64,000 nucleotides of DNA from Vulcanimicrobiota bacterium (GTDB lineage: Bacteria > Vulcanimicrobiota > Vulcanimicrobiia > Vulcanimicrobiales > Vulcanimicrobiaceae), in contig CAWCIZ010000001.1 of NCBI GenBank assembly GCA_963795855.1, forward strand, positions 665,082 through 729,081, read 5' to 3'. The translations under genes were made by a program, and so were the position numbers. Of this stretch, positions 12,313-25,187 are shown one piece after another. The stretch's first letter is position 1. Each line of letters begins with the position of its first letter. Under the pieces are notes generated by a model. It did not search any database. It saw only the letters and a list, made by a program, of their open reading frames with translations, and was not told where the DNA came from.

Positions 12313-12791
12313 CGCAGCGGATTCTCGGCGTGGATCCGGGCCTGAGAACGACGGGCTACGGGGTCATCGAATTTGCTTCGGGGCGTTCGCGGCTGCTCGA
12401 GGCGGGCGTCGTCTCGCCCAAGGCAAGCGGATCGCTCGAACGGCGGCTGCACGAATTGCACGAAGGAATCTCCGCCGTCGTTTCTTCGACCCGTCCAACC
12501 GCTATGGTGATCGAAGAACTCTACACGACGTACAAGAACCCCCTCACCGCAATCATGATGGGACACGCGCGCGGCGTATTGTGCCTCGCCGGAGCGCAGT
12601 ACGGCGTGCCCGTCCACACGCTCGCGCATTCGCTCGTCAAACGCGCGCTGATCGGTTCGGGCGCCGCCAAAAAAGAGCAGGTCAACCAAATGGTGACGCA
12701 GCTGCTCGGCCTGCGCCGCCGCCCCGAACCAAACGACGTTTCCGACGCGCTCGCGCTCGCGCTCGCATTCTGCAACCGGAGCTACCGGTGA
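12309..12791 (+). CDS. ruvC: Holliday junction resolvase
   Basis: ILGVDPGL..TGYGVI, GHARG, AKKEQV, DVSDALALA. Confidence 0.95.
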   Translation: MTQRILGVDPGLRTTGYGVIEFASGRSRLLEAGVVSPKASGSLERRLHELHEGISAVVSSTRPTAMVIEELYTTYKNPLTAIMMGHARGVLCLAGAQYGVPVHTLAHSLVKRALIGSGAAKKEQVNQMVTQLLGLRRRPEPNDVSDALALALAFCNRSYR

Positions 12792-12840
12792 CCGGATCGG
12801 CGACGGTCTGCATCGCCAAGAGTGAGGCGAGAGCTTAAAA

Positions 12841-13467
12841 ATGTTTTCACGCATTCGCGGTACGCTCGTCGAGCGCGGCGAAGGCGCGGTCGTGCTGGAC
12901 GTCCACGGACTTTCGTACGAGATCTTCCTGCCGCCGTGCGTCGAGGAAAAGATCACCGCGCGGGAAGGCGAGGAAGTCGCCCTCGAAATTTACGCCGTGC
13001 TGAACATCGACGGCAATGCCGGTCATTACACGTTCTACGGTTTCAGCAACGCCGTCGAGCGAGAATTTTTCGAGGCGCTGATCAGCGTAGCGAGCATCGG
13101 GCCGCGTTCCGCGGCGCGCGCGTTTTCGCAGCCGATGTCTCGCATTGCGGGCGCAGTCGATCGCGGCGATCACGGCTTTCTTAAAACGTTGCCCGGCATC
13201 GGTCAGCAGAAGGCGCGCGACATCGTCGCGAAACTGCAGGGGAAGGTTACGAAGTTCTTGCTGATTCAGCAGGCGCAAGCCGCGCCGGAAACGCCGATGC
13301 CCGACTTCGCCGATGAGGCGCTGGCCGTGCTGCTTCAACTCGAGTACCGCCGCGCGGAAGCGGAAGAGATGATTCGCGGGACGCTTGAGGGGTCTCCGCA
13401 GATACGCGACGCCGAAACGCTGCTTGCCGAGATTTACCGGCGGAAAGCGCAGCAAGCGCATGTCTGA
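12841..13467 (+). CDS. ruvA: Holliday junction branch migration protein
   Basis: IRGTLVE, YGF....ER..FE.LISV..IGP, PGIG; lies between ruvC and ruvB. Confidence 0.93.
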   Translation: MFSRIRGTLVERGEGAVVLDVHGLSYEIFLPPCVEEKITAREGEEVALEIYAVLNIDGNAGHYTFYGFSNAVEREFFEALISVASIGPRSAARAFSQPMSRIAGAVDRGDHGFLKTLPGIGQQKARDIVAKLQGKVTKFLLIQQAQAAPETPMPDFADEALAVLLQLEYRRAEAEEMIRGTLEGSPQIRDAETLLAEIYRRKAQQAHV

Positions 13468-14530
13468 AGACGCCCGTAAAAAGATGTACGGGCCGGAAGA
13501 TACCGCGCCCGACGAACGCATCGTCGGCGCGCAAGACACGCTGGAAGATGAAGTTTACGGCGCCAGCCTGCGGCCGCGGTCGTTCGACGAGTACGTCGGG
13601 CAGAGCACTGTTGTGGAAAATCTCAAGATCTCGATCGACGCTGCGCGCCGCCGCGGCGAACCGCTCGAGCACGTGCTTTTTTACGGCCCGCCCGGTTTAG
13701 GAAAGACGACGCTCGCATCGCTCATTGCCAAAGATCTTGGTCGCGCGCTGCGCCCGACCAGCGGCCCGACGCTCGAGAAGCCGAAGGATTTGGTCGGCAT
13801 TCTGACCGCGCTCGAAGAAGGCGACATCCTATTCATCGACGAGATCCATCGTCTGGGCCGCGTCGTGGAAGAGTTTCTGTACCCCGCGATGGAAGATTAT
13901 CAGATCGATTTCGTCGTCGACCGGGGCGCGTACGCGAAAACGTTAAAACTTCCGCTCAAACGGTTCACGCTGGTAGGCGCGACGACGCGGGCCGGCATGC
14001 TTTCCGCTCCGCTGCGCGAGCGGTTCGGCATCATGCATCATCTCGACTACTACAGCGTTGAAGAACTCAAACGCATCGTGCTGCGTTCTTCCACTGTGCT
14101 GACCGTTCCCATCGACGACGAAGGGGCGCAGACTATCGCCGCGCGCAGCCGCGGCACGCCGCGCATTGCGAACCGGCTGCTTCGACGCGTTCGAGATTAT
14201 GCGGAAGTGCGCGCCGACGGCCGCATCAATAAATCCGTCGCGCTCGAGGCACTGCGTCGCGAAGGCGTGGACGAACTCGGCCTGGATCGGCTCGACCGGG
14301 CGTTTCTGCGAACGATCGTCGAACAGTACAAGGGCGGTCCCGTCGGTATCGGCGCAGTCGCCGCGACGCTCACCGAAGACGCCGAAACGCTTGAAGACGT
14401 CGTGGAACCGTATCTGCTCAAGTGCGGTTTCGTCGTTCGAACGGCGAGCGGCCGCAAAGCGACCGCCCATGCGTACGCGCATCTTGGCGCACAAGGCTCG
14501 CCCGAACCGGCGCAGGAGCGGCTGTTGTGA
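13460..14530 (+). CDS. ruvB: Holliday junction branch migration helicase
   Basis: [46 protein letters not shown]. Confidence 0.97.
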   Translation: MSEDARKKMYGPEDTAPDERIVGAQDTLEDEVYGASLRPRSFDEYVGQSTVVENLKISIDAARRRGEPLEHVLFYGPPGLGKTTLASLIAKDLGRALRPTSGPTLEKPKDLVGILTALEEGDILFIDEIHRLGRVVEEFLYPAMEDYQIDFVVDRGAYAKTLKLPLKRFTLVGATTRAGMLSAPLRERFGIMHHLDYYSVEELKRIVLRSSTVLTVPIDDEGAQTIAARSRGTPRIANRLLRRVRDYAEVRADGRINKSVALEALRREGVDELGLDRLDRAFLRTIVEQYKGGPVGIGAVAATLTEDAETLEDVVEPYLLKCGFVVRTASGRKATAHAYAHLGAQGSPEPAQERLL

Positions 14531-15510
14531 ATCGCTTCGAGTTTTTGACTTCGGCGCTCGCAGCACTCGCGGTGCCGGTGCAAGTTCGCGACGACGTCGC
14601 CGATCCGGCAAGCGAAGCCCAATCGCAAGCACTTCGCGTCCTACTCGGAAGCGGAAGCGCGCAGCGGATCGATGCGACGTCCTTTGTTTATCAAGGGCGG
14701 CGCTACCGCGGCAACTTCTCTACCATCGCAGGCCGAATCGTCAACGTCATCCCCCTCGAGCAGTATCTCTACAGCGTCGTACCGCGTGAGATGCCGCATT
14801 CGTGGCCGGCCGCCGCGCTGCAAGCGCAGGCAATCGTCGCGCGCACGTACGTCCTTCAGCGCAGCAACCCTACGCGCGATTACGATTTGGTGCCGTCGGA
14901 GGCGGATCAGGTGTACACCGGCATCGATGCGGAACACGCCGAAAGCAGTGCTGCAGTGGATGCCACCGCCGGACAGGTACTACGCTACGGCGCCGCGTTT
15001 GCGCAAGCACTGTACTCGTCGTGTTGCGGCGGACATACGGAGTCCAACGGCGACGCGTGGGGCGGCGTTGCACTGCCGTATTTGAGCGGCGTAAGCTGCG
15101 GATACTGCAGCGATTCGCCGTGGTTCGCATGGTCCGAGCAACTGCAGCTGCAGCAGATTCGATCGTCATTCCCGCAGCTCGACGCCATCGGCGATCTCAC
15201 CGGTGTTGCACTGGACGCACCGGACGGCAGCGGCCGCGCGAAGTTCTGGACGTTCAATGGTTCCGGCGGCTCCCAGCGCGTGAAAGCGGCGGACGTTCGG
15301 CGGGCAGTAGGAACGCGCACGCTGCCGAGTTTGCTCGTTCGTTCGATCTCGCTCACGCAGGCCAATCAGCGTGCAGTCATCGAAGGTGACGGGCTAGGGC
15401 ACGGTGTCGGGCTGTGCCAGTGGGGCGCCCGCGGGATGGCGCAGACCGGAGCCGGCGCCCGATCGATCCTCGCATACTACTATCCAGGTACCGGAATAGG
15501 GAATGACTGA
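14527..15510 (+). CDS. SpoIID/LytB domain lytic transglycosylase-like protein
   Basis: [47 protein letters not shown]. Confidence 0.9.
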   Translation: MNRFEFLTSALAALAVPVQVRDDVADPASEAQSQALRVLLGSGSAQRIDATSFVYQGRRYRGNFSTIAGRIVNVIPLEQYLYSVVPREMPHSWPAAALQAQAIVARTYVLQRSNPTRDYDLVPSEADQVYTGIDAEHAESSAAVDATAGQVLRYGAAFAQALYSSCCGGHTESNGDAWGGVALPYLSGVSCGYCSDSPWFAWSEQLQLQQIRSSFPQLDAIGDLTGVALDAPDGSGRAKFWTFNGSGGSQRVKAADVRRAVGTRTLPSLLVRSISLTQANQRAVIEGDGLGHGVGLCQWGARGMAQTGAGARSILAYYYPGTGIGND

Positions 15511-15877
15511 CGAACAACGGTCAGCCGAGCGCGAAGGCGGCGAAAAACGCGTTCAGGGCGTGCGCTTGCGCAAATACATCGACGTCGTCGTCGAGGACCG
15601 GCTTTCGTCGATGCTGTTTCGAAGCGCCATTGCGGACGTTTCGGAAATGGGCATGCGCATCATCTCGGATCAATACTTGCCCAAAGGCACGAAATACATT
15701 TTCACGATGAAGAGCCCGCCGAATCTTTCCCTGCGCGGCGAGGTCCGCTGGATACGCGATTTCGAGCGCGAAACGTATCAAGTCGGCGTCCTTTTCATCG
15801 ACGTCAGCGAAGAGGACCGAAAACGGCTCGCGAATTTCCTGGACATCGAACGCCGGCGTCTGGCGACTCCGGGCTAA
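15503..15877 (+). CDS. PilZ domain protein
   Basis: EKRxxxxR, DVSEMG (DxSxxG), GEVRW...VGVLF. Confidence 0.8.
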   Translation: MTDEQRSAEREGGEKRVQGVRLRKYIDVVVEDRLSSMLFRSAIADVSEMGMRIISDQYLPKGTKYIFTMKSPPNLSLRGEVRWIRDFERETYQVGVLFIDVSEEDRKRLANFLDIERRRLATPG

Positions 15878-16909
15878 CCTCCGCTTACACCTTCGAACTT
15901 CCGGAACGGCTGATCGCGCAGCAGCCCGCTTCGCCGCGGGATTCGTCCCGTCTGCTCGTGCTGCGGCACGGCGAGATCCAACACCGCGTTTTCCGCGACT
16001 TACCCGAATTTCTGCGCGAAGGCGACGTCCTGGTACTCAACGAGACGCGCGTCATCGCCGCGCGTCTGTTCGGCGCGCGCGATTCGGGCGGGCGAGTCGA
16101 GTCTGCTGCTCCTTCGACCGCATCACGGACGGTACGATCCGGGCGCGACGCGTTGGCAAGCACTGCTGAAGCCGGCACGCCGCATGCGTGTCGGCGAGCG
16201 TATCTCATTCGGCGAGTTCGGCGAAGCGCACGTCGTCGCGGTGTTGGAAGACGGCGTTCGCGAGATCGAGTTTCGTTTGCGCGTGCCCTTCGAGGAGTTT
16301 CTGCATCGCGCGGGCACCTTGCCGCTTCCGCCGTACATTCACAACGACAGCGCGGAAGCGCAGGAACGCTACCAGACGATTTTCGCGCGGGAACCGGGCA
16401 GCGTTGCCGCGCCGACCGCGTCGCTGCACTTCACGCAGGACGTTTTTGCCGCGCTTGCGCAGCGCGGCGTGGAGATCGTCAAACTCGTGCTGGACGTTGG
16501 CCTAGGAACCTTTCGCCCCATGCAAACGGCGGCAGTGCACGATCACGTCATGCACGCGGAGTCGTTCTCCATTCCCGAAGAAACGGCGGAGACGATTCGC
16601 GCCGCCAAACGTGAAGGGAGGCGCGTGATTGCGGCCGGCACGACCGTCGTGCGCGCACTCGAAGGTTCAAGCGCGAAGCATGGCGAGGTTCGAGCGGGCA
16701 CCGACGAAACCGGCATCTTCATAACGCCCGGGTACACGTTTCGGGTCCTCGACGCGCTTATCACGAATTTTCATTTGCCCCAATCGACGCTCGTGGTTTT
16801 GGTCAGCGCGTTTGCAGGAAGGACGACGATCCTGCGAGCGTACGAAGAAGCGATCCGGCGCGAATACCGGTTCTTTTCCTTCGGCGACGCGATGTTCATC
16901 GAACCGTAG
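15874..16909 (+). CDS. queA: S-adenosylmethionine:tRNA ribosyltransferase-isomerase (frameshifted, start codon unclear)
   Basis: [67 protein letters not shown]. Confidence 0.93.
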
Positions 16910-16927
16910 CAGCGAACACCGGCGGCG

Positions 16928-17896
16928 ATGCGAGTCGTCGAGATAACTACGCCCGGAGGCCCCGAGGTGCTTCGGGTCGTCGAGCGGCCCAAACCCGCCG
17001 CGCAGCCGGGCGAAGTCCTGATCGCGGTTGAAGCGGCAGGCGTCAGTCATGCCGACGTGATGCAGCGCGGTGGAACGTATCCGCCGCCGCCGGGCGCTTC
17101 CGAGGTGCCCGGTCTGGAGGTTGCGGGCATCGATGAAGCAACCGGCGAGCGCGTCTGCGCTCTGGTAACCGGCGGAGGGTACGGCGAATACGTCGCCGTT
17201 CCGCGCGAGCAGGTCCTGCCGATACCGGAAGGCTGGACCTTCGTTGAAGCCGCCGGTTTACCGGAAAACATGTTCACCGTTTACGACAATCTGTTCACGC
17301 GAGCGCACTTGCAGCGCGGTGAGCGGGTGCTGGTGCACGGCGGCAGCAGCGGCATCGGCACCACGGCGATTATGCTCGCGAAAGCGTTCGGCGCGGCGTT
17401 CATCGCGACGACCGCCGGTAGTGACGCAAAATGCGCGGCATGCCGAGAATTCGGCGCGGATCTGGCCGTGAATTACAAAACGAGCGACTTCGTGACCGAA
17501 GTTCGCAACGCGACGGCGGGAGCCGGTGTGGACGTCGTCTTCGACATCGTCGGCGGCGATTATATTGCGCGGGATTTCGACGCGCTCGCCGCGGATGGGC
17601 GCATCGTCTGCATCGCGGCGCCGCTGGGTCGCAGCGTCGATCTCGATCTGGGCAGGCTGATGCAAAAACGCGCGGCAATCATGGGCTCGTCGCTGCGTGC
17701 GCGCACGCCTGCGCAAAAGGGGATGATCGCGGCCGAACTGCTGAAGTACGTGTGGCCGAAGTTGCCCGAGCGGAGCGTTATTCGCCCGGCGATCGACTCC
17801 ACGTTCCCGCTGGAGGATGCCGCCGCCGCGCACCGCCGCCTGGAGGAATCCGCACACGTGGGTAAGATTGTCCTGGTTACTAGAAAGGGGTCTTAG
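16928..17896 (+). CDS. NAD(P)H:quinone oxidoreductase (PIG3/MDR family)
   Basis: GGPEVL, YPPPPGASEVPGLE, HGGSSGIG, HVGKIVL. Confidence 0.9.
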   Translation: MRVVEITTPGGPEVLRVVERPKPAAQPGEVLIAVEAAGVSHADVMQRGGTYPPPPGASEVPGLEVAGIDEATGERVCALVTGGGYGEYVAVPREQVLPIPEGWTFVEAAGLPENMFTVYDNLFTRAHLQRGERVLVHGGSSGIGTTAIMLAKAFGAAFIATTAGSDAKCAACREFGADLAVNYKTSDFVTEVRNATAGAGVDVVFDIVGGDYIARDFDALAADGRIVCIAAPLGRSVDLDLGRLMQKRAAIMGSSLRARTPAQKGMIAAELLKYVWPKLPERSVIRPAIDSTFPLEDAAAAHRRLEESAHVGKIVLVTRKGS

Positions 17897-17903
17897 TTTT
17901 TCG

Positions 17904-18491
17904 ATGAAGACGTATACGCCCAAGAAATGGGATCTCTCGGGTTTGCAAGGCATTTCCGATGCCACGCTTGAGATGCACTTCGGCCTCTACGAAGGCTACG
18001 TCAAAAACACGAACACGCTGATCGAACTGACCGGCGAGGCGCGGCAAAAAGGCGAAGCAGCCGGCTCGAACCCGAAGTTTGCCGAACTCGTGCGCCGTAT
18101 GGGCTGGGAATTCAACGGCATGCGCCTTCACGAGTATTACTTCGATAATCTCACCAAGAATGCGAACGACGTGAAGTCCGGCCGCCTGTACGACCTGTTG
18201 GGATCGAGTTACGGCGATTTTGAAACGTGGAAAAAAGATTTCTTCGCCGTCGGCGGCATGCGCGGCGTCGGCTGGGCGATCGCGTTTTACGATCCCGCCT
18301 CGCAGCAGATCAGCAACCACTGGGTGGAGCAGCATCACAACGGAAACCTCGCCGGCTTTCTTCCGATCCTCGTGATGGACTGTTGGGAGCACGCATTCAT
18401 CAAGGACTACAAGCCGTCGGAACGCGGAAAATACATCGAAGCGTTCTATGCCAATCTGAATTGGGCGGCGTGCGAAGCGCGCCTACCCTAG
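17904..18491 (+). CDS. Fe/Mn superoxide dismutase family protein (divergent, ChrC-like type)
   Basis: H in EMHFGLYEGYV, LHEYYF, DCWEHAF supply the four metal ligands; GAAAGGGG SD. Confidence 0.85.
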   Translation: MKTYTPKKWDLSGLQGISDATLEMHFGLYEGYVKNTNTLIELTGEARQKGEAAGSNPKFAELVRRMGWEFNGMRLHEYYFDNLTKNANDVKSGRLYDLLGSSYGDFETWKKDFFAVGGMRGVGWAIAFYDPASQQISNHWVEQHHNGNLAGFLPILVMDCWEHAFIKDYKPSERGKYIEAFYANLNWAACEARLP

Positions 18492-19979
18492 GCGTTCCGG
18501 CGAAGCGGGTGCGACGTAGAGCGATTTGGGATGCGTGTAAAAAACCAGCCCCGGCGCCGCACCCGGACGTTTGCGCACATGTTTGCGCTGCGTGTAATCG
18601 ACCGTGACCTTCGGACTGTTCTTCGCTTTCGAATGCAGCGCGGCCAGCGACGCGGCCGTCAAGAGGTCGGCCTCCGGCGCCTGCTCGCGATCGTGACGCT
18701 GTAAAATCACGTGCGCGCCGGGCTGGCTTTGGACGTGAAACCAAAGATCGTCCGGACGCGCGACCCGAAACGTAAGGTCCGCGTTTTCGACGGGCGTTCG
18801 ACCGACGTAGATGCGCGAACCGCTCGGCGTATCGAACTGCAGCGGTTTGCGCTTGCGCGCCGGCAGACGCTGCGGTGACCCTCGCCGCTGCGGTTCCAGC
18901 GCGGCTACGGCTTCTGCCGCGTCGTCGAGCTCCGAATCGGCAGCGCGTTCCACTTCCCACCGCACGTGACCAACGTCCTCGAGCGCTTCGAGCAGCGCGG
19001 TTTTGCGCCGTTCCATATGCGAAAGCGAAGCCGCGGATTTCTTGTATTTTGCGAACAACGCCGCGGCGCGTTCCTTCGCTTCCTCGCGTTTCTCCGGCGC
19101 AAGTTCGTGCAGTGTGGCGTAAACGTCTTCGCCCTCGGCGCGGAGTTGTTCGCGGCCCTGCGCTTCGCGCAGCTTCCCCTCGATTTGCGCCAGCTCGGCG
19201 CGCAGCTTCTTCTCGCGCTCGTTCAACGCGCGCTCCAGCGCATTGCGTCGTTTCACGATCCGATCGCTCTGCTGGGCGTGCGCGTGCGTTTTACGCGCCT
19301 CCGACAGTACCGCTAGCAGCGACGATGCGCGCTCGTGCTCTAAATCGGAGAACTGCTCGAGTTCCGCCAAATGCGCCTGTACCAGTGCCCCATCGCGACG
19401 GTAAACGTGCAGGTCGTGGTCGAGCGGATGCTCCGCCAGTTGGGCGATCCGTTCGTCGTCGAGAAGCGGACTCGATTTGCCCGGACGCAAAGGCGGGGGT
19501 TCGTACGCGTCGCCGGCTTGGATCGAACGAACGGCGTTTTGCGCCGGCGCGAATTCTTTTGCGGCCGCAAGGATACTCTCGTTTTTGAGCAGCACGATGT
19601 TGCCGAAGCGCGGAACCAGTTCGAATACGAGCGCGAGCCGGTCCTCGACCCCAAAGCGTGAACGCGACCCAAACTCCATGCGCAGCAGGCGATCGCCTAG
19701 CCGCGAAAGCACCGCCGTCAGCGTCGTTCCGCGCAGCGCAGCGCAGGCAGCGCGTACGAACCCCGGTTCGATCGCGATGGGCAATTCGCCGGTTTCGAGC
19801 GTTATGACGGGCGTGGGTGCGAAGACGTCCGCACATACCAGGTGTTCGCGGCCCCGCGACCAAAGCGCCAGCGCGAAACGTCCGTCGCCGAGTTGCCCTA
19901 CGTCGCGGACGCGCGCGCCCTTGAACTGCTGCGAAAGTTCCAACGCCAACCGCCGGATGAGGAGCCAATCGGTGTACAC
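18483..19979 (-). CDS. rqcH: RqcH/Rqc2 (NFACT, FbpA-like) ribosome quality-control protein
   Basis: NFACT-N (DRLLRMEF...ELVPRFGNIVL), coiled coil, NFACT-R (IYVGRTPVENADLT, DLWFH..PGAHV, VDYTQRKHVRK). Confidence 0.85.
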   Translation of the reverse strand: MYTDWLLIRRLALELSQQFKGARVRDVGQLGDGRFALALWSRGREHLVCADVFAPTPVITLETGELPIAIEPGFVRAACAALRGTTLTAVLSRLGDRLLRMEFGSRSRFGVEDRLALVFELVPRFGNIVLLKNESILAAAKEFAPAQNAVRSIQAGDAYEPPPLRPGKSSPLLDDERIAQLAEHPLDHDLHVYRRDGALVQAHLAELEQFSDLEHERASSLLAVLSEARKTHAHAQQSDRIVKRRNALERALNEREKKLRAELAQIEGKLREAQGREQLRAEGEDVYATLHELAPEKREEAKERAAALFAKYKKSAASLSHMERRKTALLEALEDVGHVRWEVERAADSELDDAAEAVAALEPQRRGSPQRLPARKRKPLQFDTPSGSRIYVGRTPVENADLTFRVARPDDLWFHVQSQPGAHVILQRHDREQAPEADLLTAASLAALHSKAKNSPKVTVDYTQRKHVRKRPGAAPGLVFYTHPKSLYVAPASPERLG

Positions 19980-20460
19980 GTCAGCCACTTTTCGCGAAAC
20001 GGCGCTCGCCGCATTGTGCTGCGCGGTGCTTCTGACCGCGTGCTCCGGTTCGCGGGGCGGTCCTGCGCACCCGGCCGGTTGGACGCAGCGCGCCCAAGGC
20101 CAACCCACCGTCTGGATAGATCCGAACGATCCGTCCGAAGAATACCGCGTCACGAGCCGGCCCAATTCCAGCGGCACCTTGAGCGACATGGCATCGCAAG
20201 TGACCACCGATACTTTGCTGCGCTACAAAGGCGCCGAGCTTCGCAAGGCGGTCCCCTTTGGGCCGTGCCCGGGAGAAGCCGGCATCCAGACGTTCTCGCT
20301 TCCGGCAGCGACCGGAACACTTACGCTCCAGGTGGCGTTCACGCAGTGGAACGGAACTGCGGTGACCGCCGCATACCAGCGGCCCGCGAGCGCCGCCGAC
20401 GATCCCGCGGCCCTGGAGGCGATGCGCCGCAGCGTATGCAGCCCCACAATCGGCGGGTGA
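19972..20460 (+). CDS. putative lipoprotein (start uncertain)
   Basis: hydrophobic stretch ending in lipobox LTAC, then a globular domain; fills the gap between rqcH and gmk. Confidence 0.65.
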   Translation: MYTSATFRETALAALCCAVLLTACSGSRGGPAHPAGWTQRAQGQPTVWIDPNDPSEEYRVTSRPNSSGTLSDMASQVTTDTLLRYKGAELRKAVPFGPCPGEAGIQTFSLPAATGTLTLQVAFTQWNGTAVTAAYQRPASAADDPAALEAMRRSVCSPTIGG

Positions 20461-20528
20461 GTAAAAGGTCTGACGCGGCGGCCCTAGGAACATAACAGGC
20501 TTTGCCTGCAGGCGGCCACAGGGAGGTT

Positions 20529-21146
20529 ATGTTCGGTCCGGGTCTGCTCTTCGTCGTGTCGGGGCCTTCCGGGGCCGGGAAGGACACTCTCGTGGACGCG
20601 CTCGGCGCGCGTATGCCGCGCGTGCGGTACTCGGTGTCCGCAACGACTCGCGAGCCGCGGTCGGGGGAAATCGAGGGAAGACACTACTTCTTCGTAGACC
20701 GCGAGGAATTCGAACGGCGCCGAGATGCCGGCGGCTTCCTGGAGTGGCGCGAGTACAACGACAACTTTTACGGGACGCCCCGCGATTTCGTGGAGCGCAC
20801 ACTGACCGAAGGCTACGATCTGATTATGAAGCCGGAAGTCAACGGCGCCCTCGCAATCAAGCGCGCGTTTCCCGATGCGGTCCTGATCTTCTTGGCTCCG
20901 GATCGCTTCTCGAACCTGCGTACGCGCTTGCTGGCCAGGCGTACGGAAACGACCGAAGAGATCGCGCGCCGGCTCGAAATCGCGCACGACGAATTTCAAT
21001 TCGTGCGCAACTTCGATTACATCGTCATCAACGCGGAATCGCGCTCCGACGAAGCGGTTCGCGATTTGCAGGCAGTCTTGCAAGCGGAGCGGTTTCGGAT
21101 ACACAGATACAGCGACGACTCGATAAGGGAATTGGAACATTCATAA
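20529..21146 (+). CDS. gmk: guanylate kinase
   Basis: SGPSGAGKDT, SATTREPRSGE, YGTP; GGAGG SD. Confidence 0.96.
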   Translation: MFGPGLLFVVSGPSGAGKDTLVDALGARMPRVRYSVSATTREPRSGEIEGRHYFFVDREEFERRRDAGGFLEWREYNDNFYGTPRDFVERTLTEGYDLIMKPEVNGALAIKRAFPDAVLIFLAPDRFSNLRTRLLARRTETTEEIARRLEIAHDEFQFVRNFDYIVINAESRSDEAVRDLQAVLQAERFRIHRYSDDSIRELEHS

Positions 21147-21147
21147 A

Positions 21148-21366
21148 ATGGACGACACGGTTTTCGGCGACTTGGACAGACTTCTGGACCACGTCGATTC
21201 TAAATTCAGCTTGGTGAACGTGGTGACAAAACGGGCCAAGCAACTCAACAACGGCGCGCCGCCGCTAACCGACCGGGTCAACCCGAACAAGCCGGTTTCC
21301 ACGGCCTTCAACGAGGTAGCGATCGGCAAGATTCAATACCACCGCACGCGGGAAGGTATCAAGTAG
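21148..21366 (+). CDS. rpoZ: RNA polymerase omega subunit
   Basis: SKFSLVNVVTKRAKQL, KPVSTAFNEV; follows gmk. Confidence 0.92.
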   Translation: MDDTVFGDLDRLLDHVDSKFSLVNVVTKRAKQLNNGAPPLTDRVNPNKPVSTAFNEVAIGKIQYHRTREGIK

Positions 21367-21443
21367 CGAGCGGAGGGCTCCTCGGCTCGTTCGTCGTGGG
21401 GGACACGGAATTGTCGAAACGCAGTTTGCGCCAACGCGCGCTA

Positions 21444-21715
21444 GGCCGGAGCGCCTTCAATGACGTACCTGCATGCGCCCACGGGAGACTTTCGCGTTAC
21501 CTGAGCGGTCTATGCGCCATGAGGACTGGGGGCCCCGCCGTTTACGGTGGGGGGCGCGCAGGCTCGGCCGGAGCGCCTTTCAATGACGTACCTGCACCTT
21601 TGCGGCGCCCACGGGGAGACTTTCGCGTTACCTGAGCGGTCTATGCGCCATGAGGACTGGGGGCCCCGCCGTTCACGGTGGGGGGCGCGCAGGCTCGGCC
21701 GGAGCGCCTTTTAAC
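21444..21715 (+). repeat. tandem repeat, two ~122-131 bp units plus a partial third, in the glmS leader
   Basis: units start GGCCGGAGCGCCTT at 21444, 21566 and 21697; near-identical internal sequence GAGACTTTCGCGTTACCTGAGCGGTCTATGCGCCATGAGGACTGGGGGCCCCGCCGTT(T/C)ACGGTGGGGGGCGCGCAGGCTC. Confidence 0.92.
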
Positions 21716-23554
<1,839 letters not shown>

Positions 23555-23560
23555 CGACCG

Positions 23561-23911
23561 CTAAGAGCGGGACAGCACCGCCGCGGCGAGCGCGATCTCG
23601 ACGGCGGCGTCCGCCAAATAGATCGGAGATATGCGGCGTCGCGCCGCGTGCGCGATGTCGATGCCGGCGAACGAGAGCGCGCAGAGTACCGCCAGCGTAC
23701 GAGTTGCAGCAGAAGGCGGGTCTTCACGAACGCCGAGCGCGATTGCGGCGCCGGCCGTGGCCGCAAGCAGCCCCACCATCTGCACGAGCCACCAATCCGT
23801 CTTGGGACCGGTTACCGCTTCGAACGTGCGGCGGCTGAAGAGCGGCCAAAGTCCGGTTCCCACGTAGTAGGCGCTCTGAACGTGCAGGGCGCTTTGCCGC
23901 AAGTTGGGCAT
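23561..23911 (-). CDS. small membrane protein
   Basis: YYVGTGLWP...FEAVTGPKTDWWLV followed by hydrophobic helices; TACGCT 6 nt before the ATG. Confidence 0.7.
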   Translation of the reverse strand: MPNLRQSALHVQSAYYVGTGLWPLFSRRTFEAVTGPKTDWWLVQMVGLLAATAGAAIALGVREDPPSAATRTLAVLCALSFAGIDIAHAARRRISPIYLADAAVEIALAAAVLSRS

Positions 23912-23926
23912 ACTGGCAGCGTACCC

Positions 23927-24274
23927 ATGGCGAATAAGAAGCAAGTCGAAGACGCGATTTTCGAGTGCGAAGGATTCAGAGTGGAACTCGACCTCTTCGA
24001 AGGCAAGAAGAGTTCGCTGCCCGCGTACGAGTGGCGCGTCATGGCGCCCCAGCGCTGGAAGATCTCCGACTGGAAGAACGCTCGGCTCGAGCCGTACCGG
24101 CTGCTTGTGAAAGGAGCGACGGTCTTTCGGGGAGACGGTTCGCCGATTCCCAGAGACATGCAACTCGGCAACTTGCGCGACACGTATTACGAAGCGGAGT
24201 ATGGAGCGGTCGCACCGGCTTCGTCGGACGACGAACCGGAACGCGCGCCGCGCAAGCATGCTCGTCGAAGTTGA
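23927..24274 (+). CDS. hypothetical protein
   Basis: 115-aa ORF MANKKQVEDAIFECEGF...LGNLRDTY with protein-like composition; overlaps the next gene start. Confidence 0.7.
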   Translation: MANKKQVEDAIFECEGFRVELDLFEGKKSSLPAYEWRVMAPQRWKISDWKNARLEPYRLLVKGATVFRGDGSPIPRDMQLGNLRDTYYEAEYGAVAPASSDDEPERAPRKHARRS

Positions 24275-25187
24275 CGGGCACCGCATCGACTTCGCGCGCC
24301 CCGAGAAATGGGTATGGTACGACGTACGCCGCACGATGCTCGACCTCGCAAAATATTACGTTGCGGTGTACCCGTGGATGCAGCCGTACCTCGAGCACCG
24401 GCCCGTGGTGTACGAAATTTACAAGGGTACGGTGAATGGGCCCAGTTCCTTCGAACAGGATCCGCCGCCGGGAACGCCCCGCTGGATAAAGACCGCACGA
24501 ATTCGCGGCCGGGAACGTCTCGTCACCTACGTCGTCGTCGACTCGGCTGCAACGCTCGTGCATTTGGTTTCGACGTTCATGGTGACGCTGCACGTGTGGC
24601 AGTCGAAAACCGGCGACGTCGAGCGCCCGGATTTCCTATTGATGGACCTCGATCCGACCGAGGGATGCACGCTCGCGCAGTTGGCGCGCGCAGCGGTTCG
24701 CACTCGCGACGTCTTACAAGCCCATGGCATTCGCTATCCGCTCGTAAAGAGTTCCGGCGCGCGCGGCTTGCACGTCCTCAGCTTCGTCGAGCCGGAGTAC
24801 GATTATGCAGCGCTTCGCGAGCTCGCTCGCGAGCTCGCCGGTTTGCTGGCCCGCGAGCACCCCGAGCAATTTACGGCGGAACGCGATCCCCACCGGCGCC
24901 CCAACGGCGTCGTGTACGTGGATTGGGGACAAGTCGGACGCGGTATGACCATCGTGCCGCCGTACTCGCCCCGCGCGTGTGCGGGCGCGCCGGTAAGCAT
25001 GCCGCTGCAATGGAGCGAGGTCGAACGCCTGACGCGTTCGCGTTCCCGACGGCCGCCGATCGAGTATTTCAGCCGTTACAGTATCGCCAACGTCGTCGAA
25101 CTGTTGAAAAAAGACGGAGACCCATGGCAGGCGCACCGCCCTGAAAAGACTCTGCTAAGCGCGCGGCAAACGTGCAGGCAGGCATGA
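24258..25187 (+). CDS. stand-alone LigD-type primase-polymerase (PolDom/Prim-Pol)
   Basis: [49 protein letters not shown]. Confidence 0.88.
   Translation: MLVEVDGHRIDFARPEKWVWYDVRRTMLDLAKYYVAVYPWMQPYLEHRPVVYEIYKGTVNGPSSFEQDPPPGTPRWIKTARIRGRERLVTYVVVDSAATLVHLVSTFMVTLHVWQSKTGDVERPDFLLMDLDPTEGCTLAQLARAAVRTRDVLQAHGIRYPLVKSSGARGLHVLSFVEPEYDYAALRELARELAGLLAREHPEQFTAERDPHRRPNGVVYVDWGQVGRGMTIVPPYSPRACAGAPVSMPLQWSEVERLTRSRSRRPPIEYFSRYSIANVVELLKKDGDPWQAHRPEKTLLSARQTCRQA

Noticed and set aside
21650..21715. 22-aa N-terminal extension of GlmS shown in the ORF track
   Set aside because: It comes from the repeat; GlmS requires Met-Cys at the N-terminus, so the start is 21716.
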